Below, piece after piece: positions 24,876 through 36,800 of a stretch of 64,000 nt of DNA. Position numbers and translations under genes: made by a program. The notes beneath the pieces are model-generated. The model did not search any database and had not been told where the DNA came from. It worked only from the letters and a program-made list of their open reading frames with translations. Within the stretch, counting starts at the first letter, position 1. Each line of letters opens with the position of its first letter. The stretch is from Pavona decussata (Eukaryota): the NCBI GenBank assembly GCA_977016875.1, contig CDRNST010000104.1, positions 3,782,001 to 3,846,000 on the forward strand. The letters run 5' to 3'.

Positions 24876-27800
24876 GTAAAATTTGTGTAGACCTCAAGGC
24901 AAAGTAAGCCAAAGTTTAACTATAATAAATTTCAGCTTGTTTTCGCTTCGGCTAGACCATCACAGTTTTGGACACCATAAATATTGGTCGGGGTCAATCA
25001 CCGCTAAAATTTAGAGTAAATTTCTGTTTTTTGCTGGCTGTAAATTAGATCACAATAGATGTTGTGCGAGTTTAGAAATAAAGTCGCAAGGATGTGACGA
25101 CCCAAAACAGAAACTGTTGGAAACTGATGATGAGAATAATTATGGTCACTACTACGATAGTTACAATTATTAGTTATAAACACTTTTGCAACCAAGAACA
25201 AAAGAGTGACGCTGGCATCCTCTTCTTTATTTCAGCTCAAGCTTCTGCTGTTGTGTCAACCGTAAGAGCAGCTAGTGAAAGGGTAATAGGAGGTGAGTAA
25301 TCAAATGCTACAGGAAGGGAACGGTTTTGAGGGGCTTAATCAACAGCTACGCAATTGCTTTTAGATTTACAAGCCACAGCATCGTCATATCAATAATTGC
25401 ACTTTGAAAGCTTTACCAGACTGAATAGGTAATGCATGTTGAAAGAAACATTTCTCTTGAAGTGCAGACAGCTACTAACGTGACCTAATAGGCCATAAAT
25501 TGGGCCGGCCGCTTGTAGAAGTATGCCAATGAGTGGGTGTTGTGTATGCTACTAGGTAGTTGGTAATTTTTTTTCTCTAGAACACCGACATCAGATACAA
25601 AATTTTGCTCTGTACTTTTTATGTGAGAAATAGTTCTTAAGACTCCTGGGCGGGTGTAGACAAAACCTTGACCCCCCCTTCTGGACCCCTCAAAATTTCG
25701 GAAAAAATAAAAAAAATTATAGAAATACATAAGAACATTTTATAAACTAAATTCGATTTTGAGACGGCAATACGACTTTATATTGACGTCTCAGCGCAAT
25801 GGGAAGATCCCCCAGGATCGCGATAAAACATAACACTTACGGCTTGGTATCCACGAAGATTTCTTCGATTCATTGTGCAGCTTAACAACGCTTCACTACC
25901 GTCTCTAAAGTTCGTAGTTTCACAGGTAATTCTCTGGTGAAGTTGAAATTCGTTCTTGCCAGTCGCCTGTTCCAGTAATTGCCTCCGAAATCGTCCCATA
26001 ACTGTCAAGCCGATCTCCCGTCATTTTCTTCCGCCATCTTGATTTTTCCGCTGACCAGTATGAATGAGCTGTTACCTTGACAAAACATGGAGGATTAAAT
26101 TAGTTGTATTTCACGTTATGGGTTGATATAAACTTATTTTTGCTGTTACTGTCAGTATTCCCATTTGGTTTTCAATAGATACTCAGTCCCCCTTGAAATT
26201 GCATGAACCGATTTTGGATCCACAACAAAATCTGCACGAATAGGCCTTACGCTACTTCATACCAATACCCGGACAGGTTTCACACAGGGCACCTATTCTG
26301 CAAGACGGGTGCAATTTTTGGACCAGCACCGTGTAAACACCTTGACCAGTTCTGTTTTCATACCAGTTGCAAACATACTGTACCAGTGTTGTGTGAACAG
26401 GGTAACCTGCGTGCTCGGTGCCTAAAAGGCAGGGAAAGGAAAGCTCGGATCCATGCTCCTTCCGCACTTGGCGCGAATCACCCTTCTTCCTTTTCCTTTC
26501 GGCGCCATCCACCAATGTTAGAGCCGGAACAGGTAAAACAAATTGTACGGACCATGTAGGTCAGTTTTCTTTTTCTTCACTTTCTTAGAACAGAAAGATC
26601 GGCAGTTTTGGTATGGATGAATACCCATATGGCATGAAAAGAATATCAGCTGAGGAATATGCTTTACGAGAGCAAGGCTAAAAAGAATGGCAGGGTAATT
26701 AGCAATTTAATCGTCATGTGATTTAGGCTTACACCCCGAGTAGGAGTGCATTAATTGCGAGTCAACTGCGATGATCACATCTTCATTTCAGATAGGTTTC
26801 TATTGTTTATAGTAATGAGCCACAGACTCTTGTCACCCATGACACATTACTCTGATTACTATGTACGTTAACTGTAATTTTACAGTGTAAGTTTTCAGGC
26901 CCGTAGCAGGGGGAGGAGCAGGGGGGGCTTGAGCCCCCCCAGAATTTTTGGAAGTGTAAAAAACAATGTGCCAAAAAAAAAAAAAATAATAAAAAAAAAA
27001 GAGTAATAATAATAATAACAATAATAATACTACTAATAATAATAATGTGAAGCAATCAATCTTAAATTCTGTCGCTAAGAGTGCCGAAACACAACCTTTA
27101 ATAATTTGTTTGACAGTTTTCTCCGCTAACATTTGGTTTTTATACAACAGCAACAAAAGCACTCCTTCCTTGTGAATAGGAAATAAGAACCAAAATGGAT
27201 CGAAATCAACCAATTTCAAGCCTTAAAGCTGTTGAAATAAACTACTTGTTTTCTAAGACGTCCACGCATTGATAGCAATATAAATAGCCTTATTTTATAA
27301 CAATTTAGTGCCCGCGTGTTGTGGAAAGCCACACAAATAATTATGTCCTCTCAAGAGCCACAGAAAAAGAAACTTAAACCGGTTCATTGCCAACAGGAAA
27401 CCATTTTATCTTGGGCTAAAACATGTACCACTGCAGCAGGAAGTGAAAGAGGTGATGAAATGACAGAGGAGGAACAAGAAAATGCAGCGCATCTGACAGC
27501 GAGCACGTCTGGTGGTTATCAGGAAGAAACAAAAAGTAAATCGGGTCCGTTGGATCAAGTCTATATAGCATCTAAAAGCCCAAATCAGCCTAAGAATTTT
27601 AAATTCCCAGCGAAGACATTTGGCAGTAAGAAGCTAACAAAGAGGTCATTTCAGCCAGCATGGTTTGAACGATACAAGTGGCTACATTACGATGAGACGA
27701 GAGATGTAGTTTTTTGCCATATCTGCTTAAAAGCACTTGAAAACAACATGCTGACGTCTTAAACGCAGATCCAGCGCTTACACGGAATGGCTTCAGCAAC

Positions 27801-30800
27801 TGGAAAAACGCCACTGACACGAAAAAGGGATTTCACAAGCACGAATCATCTGACGCACATTTGGAAGCAATGGCGAGGTATGTCACTGTACCTTCAACAG
27901 CGCGTGGTGATATCGGAGAGTTAATATCTGAACAGCATTCACTAGAGAAGAGAAAGAATAAAAAGATTTTGCTAACCATCCTATCAAACATCAGGTATTT
28001 AGCTCGACAGGCATTGCCCTTAAGAGGAGACTGGGTCTCTGAGACGGCAAGTGAAGAAAACTCCAATTTTCATCAGTTGCTGAAACAACGTTCTCAGGAA
28101 AACCCAGAGATTCTAGAGTGGCTTCAGAAGCAAGGTGACAAATTCACATCCCCAGTAATTCAAAATGAGATGCTAGAGGAGATGGCTTTAGGGGTTCTGC
28201 GTCAAATATCGACGAACATTCAGAATGCGACATTTTTTACAATCATGGCCGACGAAACTGCGGATGTATATAACAAGGAGCAGTTAGTAATTTGCATTCG
28301 CTGGGTCGATGAATCTTTTGTTATACACGAAGACTTCATTGGAATGCATCCCTTAGAAAGGACAACTGCAGATCAGGTAGCGGCAGTACTGAAGAATACT
28401 TTACTGAGAATGAATGTAAACATCCAGCGAGCTCGTGGTCAGTGTTACGATGGTGCAGCAACAATGGCAGGCGAAAAAACTGGAGTAGCTACGCAAATCA
28501 AGAATATCAACGAGAAATGTTTGTACACACATTGTTATGGACATGCCCTAAACCTGGCCGTCGCCGATGCCATCAAATCCGTTAAATGCATCAGCGATTC
28601 ACTCGAGACAGTTAGAGAAATTGGCAAATTGGTTAAAAATTCTCCGCAAAGGAATACAAAGCTGGACAAAATAAGAGCCGAAACTAAGAATGAATCACGC
28701 GGTGTACACGCATTTTGCACTACAAGATGGACTGTGCGGGGCGAAGCGCTAGCAGCGGTGATTAATAATCATACTGAACTCATGGAACTGTGGGACTGGT
28801 CGCTAACTGTGTTAAAGGACACTGAAATGAAAGCGAGAATCCGAGGTGTTCAAAGCATGATGAACAGTTTTAATTTTTACTTCGGTTGTTCTTTGGGAGA
28901 GCGGCTGCTCAAGCAATCCGACAATCTGAGTCGCGCCTTGCAAAATTCATCCACTTCAGCGGCTCAGGGTAACCGGCTTGCCCATGACGTGGTGAAAACG
29001 TTATTAAAAGATCGGAATGAAGCCTCATTTGAACTATTTTGGTCTCGAATTTTGCAGCGCAAAACAAGCGAAATTCAGAACATTGAAGATCCCAAGTTGC
29101 CCAGGAAGCGAAAGGCACCGTCAAGGCTAGAGATTGGAGCACTGGATACACATCACTTTGCTGAAGCCCCAAAAGACCACTACAGAGAAATCTATTATGC
29201 AGCGATAGATACTAGAACGCAGTGCATCACCTCGAGATTTGACCAGAAGGATTTTCGAATCTACCAGAACATCCAGGAGCTAATTTTAAAGTCAATTTCT
29301 TCTGAGCCATACGAAACTGAGTTAGCTGAAGTGGTCAATACGTATGGAGAAGATGTGGATTCGTACAAGTTGGAAGGACAGCTGCGATTATTACCACAGA
29401 TTGCAGAGTCAATGGGATATGATACTTGGAAGTTTGACGTCGCTGATCTGGTGTCCTTTTATCAATCCGTTGATAGCTCAAGCAAAATTATTTTGAGCGA
29501 AGTTTGCATCCTGGGAAAGCTGATACTGGTGATGCCAGCAACAAATGCAGTTAGTGAGCGATCCTTTTCCGCATTAAAGCGAGTGAAAACGTACTTGCGT
29601 GCAACAACCGGCGATTCCAGACTAAACCATCTGATGATACTCCACGTCCATAAAGATAAAACTGATGTTTTAAATCTGGTGGATGTTGCCAACAACTTTG
29701 TCGCAGAAAAAGCAAACAGGAAGCAGTTTTTTGGTACATTTTCAACATACGATATCCCCATAAAGGTGTCCTTTTCGACAAAGTCGACACAAACTGTGGC
29801 ATTGTGAACAGAAGTATGGCTATGTAACATGAATCCTAACTTGTACTCCTTATGACCGATTTGTATTTTTTAGTAGGGAGTTAAAGATAAGACGACGTGA
29901 TGGAAGCGAAAACATTTATAATTTATCTATAAAGAGAATTCGCGTTCTTTTAAACTTCATCGCGATAATTCTAACTCGCTATTTTTTTTTTCTTCCTAAT
30001 TTTAGGGCAAATTCTCCTGCAGGCGGATTCTTACTGCCCGATTCCAAGTTCACTGAAAAAGAGAAACGAAAATTTTTCGTCGTCTTCCAACGTCCTCCTT
30101 TAAACGCGAAATTAGTCAATTTGGCGTGTTAGTCCGCGTACAGTGACGTCAAATAAACGTACCAAAAACTGTGATGCGCAAAGTTATTGCTTTGCTTACT
30201 AAATCTACTGCTTTTTTGGCGTTCTTCTTGCATCTTTAACTCCCTAATTAATCGGTCTGTTTTTTTGATTGACGGGGGGGAGGAGGGGTGTAGCTTTGTT
30301 TAACCAATTTGCTTGGCCCCCCCAGTGGTTTTAGCCTTGCTACGGGCCTGGTTTTACAAAGACGTTGACTTTGTCTTTTCTGGGAGAAAGATTTGATGCT
30401 AAACCCAGCGTTCCTCACTGGCCTGGGGCCCGGTTTTCGGGTCTTTTGACAAATGCCAGTACGAGTTACTAGCTGGTCAGCGGAAAAATTAAGATGGCAG
30501 AACAAAATGGCGGGAGATCGGCTCGACAGTTATGGGACGATTTCGGAGGCAATTACTGGAGCAGGCGGCTGTCTAGAGCGAATTTCAACTTTACTTGTGA
30601 CATACCTGTAAAACTACGAAGTTTAGAGACGGTAGTGAAGCGTTTTTAAGCTGCACGATGAATCGAAGAAACCTTCGTGGATACCAAGCAGTGTTATGTT
30701 TTTTACTTATATATTTTTTAATTTTTTCCGAAATCTTGAGGAGTCCAGAAGGGGGTCCAGAAAGGGGTCCAGAAGGGGGGGGGGGGGGGGGGGGTCCAGG

Positions 30801-33800
30801 TTTTGTCTACACTCCTCCCGGGCCCGGTTGTTCGAAAGCCGATTAAGCTAATCCTGGGTTAATGTAAAGTTTGATTCGAGTTTAATTACTAATCAATAAA
30901 CATTTTTCCAAAAGACTTTTGTCCTTCAGTTTTGACTTAAACTTTTCTTTATCTTTCCGTCAAGAATCAGCATTAAAAAACATTCTTAGCGAGATAAAAA
31001 ACCTCGGTTAAATTTTAATCGGTGATTAGCGATAATCGGCTTTCGAACAACCGGGCCCTGGCTTTTAATGGATGAAACTGACCAGTTCAACTCTTAAGGA
31101 TATTTTTGAGTTCGTTAGTGTATGTCATTAAGTAGACCCGATTTCACCAAACCATAATATTTCTTCATACCAACAGAAGTTAAAGTTCATTGTACTTTTC
31201 GTAAGATCGGTGGCGCCCTATTGGTAGTTACTACTGGGTTGATCTTACGTAGATGCTCCAGTCTTAAAGAGTTTGTAGAAGCTTTCAGTGCAGCCACCTT
31301 GCCAGCCGCCAATGCACTGCGAGCGATAAGTGAAGGATCTGTGTGCTTCACGGTTCAGGCAGAAAACAGGTCAGCTCTCGAGGCATTATGGGAACGATAT
31401 CGGAATGGAACACTGCAGAAGGATCTTCAAGAGTTTCTGGTGACGGATGAGATCATTCAACTGGCGGAAGGAGAGGAGGTGATGGTGTCCGTGTACATTG
31501 ATGAACAGGAATTTAAGAATTCCCTTGAAAATCTAGCAAACGTTGAACAGGAAGGTATATAAACTTTACATTATTTCATATTAGTGGCAGAGAAGTAAGC
31601 GATGTAGTGTTAGAGTACCCTTACTTATCTTTAGGCAGTGTTGGCATGTTTCCTTGGACAGAAGCCAGAAATCGATATATGGCTCGCAGTAGTGCGCCGT
31701 TAAGGTGTTTGAAAGAGGATAAACGCGTCACCTCACGTGTTATAGTTATGAATATGCTTGGACGGTAATTGCAGCCTAAGAAAGAACTGCCATGCTTCCA
31801 GGTCCCAGTCGATGAGTTTCTATCATAGTTCAACTTTCTATATACTTTCGCTCAGTTTTTTTTTTTGTTGAAAATGAATGAAATCATCATTTTATCTGAT
31901 TACCGGCCCCACAGTAATTGGTTTTCACTGTTATGGTGTTCCCGCCCTTTTTCTGTTATTAATTTTTTTCCCTGTGTAGTTTTTCATGGTTAATATTCAT
32001 TTTAACGTCTCTTCCGAACAGTTTAATGACAGTTAGGCGAAGAAAAGAACTTACTCACTAAGTAAAGTTGATAAGAAAGACTATGTAATCTTCATAAGCC
32101 AAATCCTGCAAAGATATACATTTTGGTTATTTCTTGTTTGTGACTTATTTCATTTTTCAGTTTTGTTACGAGCTGACGTACCGGACGAGGAGGGAGCCGT
32201 TCAACCAGGCCAACCTGTATTGAACCAAGCGAACTATCTTGATCAAGACAGACTCGAGTTCGTTCACAGGTATTTGCAAATGGCTGAAGATACACGCAGT
32301 ATGACAACAGAAACAAGCGATAGTGGAATGCCGGGGACACATGGCGCACCTTCTGAAATTGGAATGGAAGAAACAACCGGTAAAGCAATCGTATTTGTCC
32401 TCACGTGGAATTTTTTTGTATAGTATTATCCACGAGGGGTGATTTTCTTGAATTCTACAGAAGACAAATATTCCGGTTATCCGCAAGGGATCATAAACAA
32501 AGGAAATTATAAGCTCCCACTTCATCCTGTGCCCTTAAACTATTAACGTAGTAGAAAGTCTTGGGGAATGGAATCTTGAAACCAGTACCCACTAATGATT
32601 TCAGTAAAAAAAAAATTGAAATGATAAGGTTAATCCAATCAATTGGATTGCATTGTACCCATTATCTGATACAGGCAAAAATCGTCTTTGTCCCTGCTTG
32701 AGTGGCGATTTTTTTCCAGAATTAACAACGCATTCTTCGTATAATTTTAGTGGCGAGATGATATACTCTGTTGATTCAAACTCGGGTGAATAAATCGTGT
32801 TTAGTATATACCTCACAAGTGAATAGTGAATAGCGAATAGTGTCAGAAAAAAATAACTTTTTGGTCCGCTAGTTATTCAGCCCGTGTGTTAAATACTCAA
32901 ACAATCAGTGTCGGTGAAAGTTGTGGATATTTACCTCCATTTCAGTGAATAATTGTTAAAAACGAAATCACTGGATTAGTGGACCTAATAATTTGCTTTT
33001 TTGCTGGCAAATTGGCGACAATGTTTGCACACACAAACCCGGAAAAGGTTAAGTGGTAAATAGAAAATACTATCCAGAGTTTGAGTAGCCACAGGTAGAG
33101 TAAACTACCATGGTTTGGTATATACCTTGGACACACTGCAATACAATATAATCAGAGGATTTTTTTATCCTTTTTACTAGAAAACGTAGTTCGGCTTCCT
33201 GCTTACTGAAATACATGTAGCGCTCAATCTTTCGAAAACCCAATGAGTCGATTTCAGTATACCGCGAGACCTCTGGGCGTGTGGCATTTTCAGTCTTGAA
33301 ACAACAGGTTTCCTTGAAATCCAGATAAACTAGTTACGATACCAATCATAATTGCCTAGCGATTGTGACATCACGACCTATCGTGGTTCCCTTGAGTTCG
33401 TTTGCTTAAAGTGCTTTGACGCAACCCGGCGCGTTTATGATGGCTCTGTTTGCTAAGAACAACAACTGGACAAAACAGCAACAACGACACCATCTTCAAT
33501 GAAAATAACAACCACAATAAACATTACAGTTGCATGCTGCAGGCTAGAACAGTAGACATATATTAGTTTGTTTAAAGCTCTCCTTCTCAAAGAACTTAGC
33601 GCTCCCGTGAAATGGAAGAAGTTGAGTTACATCGTGCATATATTTGTAGACCAGAGATTGAAATTTACCAAATGTGTTGACCAGGGTTGAGGGTATTGTT
33701 TTTCATCAGCACGATTTTTATATACAATGACATTGATCACCATTTTGTTTTTGTGTCTAAATTCAACAGATAAAATCTACTTGAAAGATATCAGCGAGGC

Positions 33801-36800
33801 AATGGTCGTGGAAATGGTGCGCAGAATTTCAGTTGATCCAGATACTGAGCAAAAGTTTTGTCAATCCTTCGGGCTTGATCCTAATAGCTTGCCCCATCCT
33901 GAAGTACTAAGGAATATCAGGGAATTTTTCCCCGATACTCCTATCAATCTCTTAAAAGACACCGTCGAGGCTTTGCAGCTGTACGATCTCGTAGACCTGT
34001 TGGAGAAGGCATTAAAGCCACGGGCACTTCGTCCTGCTCTTCCCCTGAAAGAAATCGAGAAGTTACCAAGTTCCAGAAATCGACCCACAACTCGTTACAG
34101 TAAGGTTTCAGTTTTGATTGTCGATGAAAGGGATTCAGATGGTAGAGGTAAAAGGATTGAGACTTTTTTTAAATTTCTTAATTCACGGAACGAAGTAACT
34201 ACAATAAGCGCGAAGCCATTTGTGGAAATAAACACAATTCTGGAGGAGAAGATGGGCATTGAGCAGCTTATGGGATTGAACGATTGGAGTGAGGCGAGGT
34301 TGGCACGAGGAAGAGGGCAGGCACCGATTGTGCGGAGACTTAGGACGGAAAGCATAACTGAACGCAACTTTAAGTTAATAGAGAGGTTAGAAGAGTTGGA
34401 GAGACAGAGAGAAATCTGGGCGCAAGAAGGAAAACGAAGCATTGAGAAGGAAGACGAGCTGCAGAAGCAGAACGAGAAATTTGAAATGGATCTGTTAACA
34501 ACCCTGGACAAATGGAAAAGAAGTAAAGGTTGGTTAAAACTTATTTCTTACGCAATACGTGATTGTCTCTTTCGGATTCTCCGGCATTTTAGCACATATA
34601 CACAAATTATTCAGGCTTACGGTTAAACAAATAATTTCCTTATATATTTGAGCTATTTCGGTGTCTTTAGTTACCTCAGTACAGTCCACTATAATTGCAC
34701 AGTTTGAGCATAGGCATGATATAGTGATAACTAACTCAACACGTTTTCATTTTAAGGGAGAAAAAACAAAGACATAAACAAATATTAAAGATTATTTTTC
34801 GGTTTATTTATTTACATTAAAAACAAGTGTCCAAAATCATTATCAAAGCAACGATCAGTTTTCAGACTAACAAAATAGTTAATGTTCAAGTTGATTGACA
34901 CAACACAAACACTGAGAAAAAAAAAGAATATAGAAAAGAAACTAACAAAGCAGCAACAGTTTCTTTCGTTGAACGATAGCCTTTCGGAAACGCCGTATGT
35001 TGGATTTGACATTTTGTTGTATGTTGGCACCTTAGATTTTCAATAAAAGTTGTCGTAACATTTTTTTCAAACTTTAACTGATTGCTTTGGAACTTTTTTT
35101 ATGTATTTAAACTATTCGCCCTCCGGGCGATGCTCAAAACTCAGTGGGTTATCGGATCTAGGCAGAGGCTTAGTACTCTCACAGAGTCCCCGACATTTGC
35201 AATTAATGATTTTCAAGTTAGCCAGGTTACTACTGCAAAATCACTTGGAGTGACCATCGATGACAGACTTGATTGGAGTGGCCAAAGAAAGTCGCTTCTG
35301 GTATTGGGGCCATAAAAAGAATAAGGCACCTTGTCCCTCAGGCGACCTTACAACTAATATATCAAGCTTTAATACAGCCACACTTTGATTATTGCAACAT
35401 TGTTTGGGGAAACTGTGGGATAACCGTTACGGAATAAGGTTCAAAAGCTGCAAAACAGAGCAGCCCGTGTTTTGACCTACTCAAGCTATGACGTAGAAAA
35501 ACCTAGCTTGCCAGCAACAATTTCAAAGAGCTACGATGGTTTACAGGTCTCTGGACGGGTTGGCTCCAAACTATCTTAGTTCTAAATTTGAAAGGCGAGA
35601 AGTCGCATATAACCTAAGGGACTCTGAAAATAAACTCAATGTTCCGTTACCGCGCACAAACTATTACAAAAACAGCTTAGGCTATAGTGGCGCCATTCTC
35701 TGGAACAGTCTTCCTTGTAGCTTGAGGGAAGCAGAGTCCCTTGGGCAATTTAAACGATTACTCAAAGAACTGTAAGGCACGGCATTCGTGGAAAGCAGCT
35801 TTTTTTTTAGTTAAATATTTTTATTATATTAGTATTAGGCATTATTAAAGCTGACGAATTTTGTACCGGGGATAAATAAAGATTATCATGGCGAGATCGT
35901 GAATCTTTGCAAGAATATAGCTGATAGTCAGTTCTGGAGGACACAGAGTATTAAAGACCTTCTTATTCGCTAGTTATGAACAACGACCTTTCCTAATAAT
36001 ATGACAAATTATAATCATAAGCTTTCAGTTATGTTATGAAAACTGAGGAAACAAAGCTTGCCTTCGTTGAGCATTTATGGCAACATGGATGCAATTTAAT
36101 AAGTCGAAAGTTTTGAAGTGCAACGGAATAAATTGCAAGATTGGCTCTTACACACCGGCTCTCGTCCACCGTCTGTGTGAAAATCGATTAAAGCATTTGG
36201 TTGCAATCCAGTTTCCATTCCACAAGTGAGATCGAGAGGTGAAATTTGTGACTTTCGACTAACAAGGCCAATGTTTCAATCGGGCGTGTCTTGAAATTTT
36301 TCCACTAAGCAAGATGAAACATTTCTTGGCTATTTAATAATAAGCTTTATTCATCCATCTTAAAAAAAAAATATTCAATGGATTTACATAATTTATTTGA
36401 CGGTAGTAAAAACACAGGAAGAGTTTCATTAAGGCCGTCATTTAACGAGATAGGTCCATAATGTCACATTGAAACGCATTCACTGTCCACCGTATAAACT
36501 ACTAACCAGTTCGCTTATCGGTTCAAGTACTTTAACGTTTGCCGCAGGAATACTCCTGAGACAAACACTGGCAAACTCTTGGGTCAGCGCTGCCAGATTT
36601 TCTACCATTAAGTGTTTTCTGTACCCCACAATTGCAAGAAATTTCGAAATGGCTGTATTTAGAACCAAGCAAGCAAGAATGCCCCTGGATAAATATTGAA
36701 TTAAATAGATAAATAGAAATAAAAAGCTTCTTTTCCCGATACCAATCACAAAGATTATAAGCATCGTGTGACTGGATGCTGGTATGACAGTTTATCACAC

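Larger units (their letters stand above)
26896..30350 (+). mobile_element. Full-length hAT DNA transposon (ZMYM1/Tip100-like transposase)
   Basis: TIR CAGGCCCGTAGCA at both ends, GTTTT duplicated on both flanks, internal transposase. Confidence 0.93.
25652..30814. mobile_element. MULE/Mutator-like non-autonomous element (~330-400-bp TIRs, 9-bp TSD) hosting the hAT
   Basis: Ends G(G/A)GTGTAGACAAAACC. 25652-~26058 mirrors ~30473-30814. TSD CTCCTGGGC (25643-25651) / CTCCCGGGC (30815-30823). Confidence 0.75.

Noticed and set aside
24352-24912. 186-aa antisense ORF over the DED exon (likewise 34095-34511, 4687-5202 and 5046-5420)
   Set aside because: Shadow or alternate-frame ORFs of real coding sequence with no motifs of their own.
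26807-27219. Hydrophobic minus-strand ORFs resembling membrane proteins
   Set aside because: Translation of poly-A and (TAA)n tracts in the hAT 5' region.
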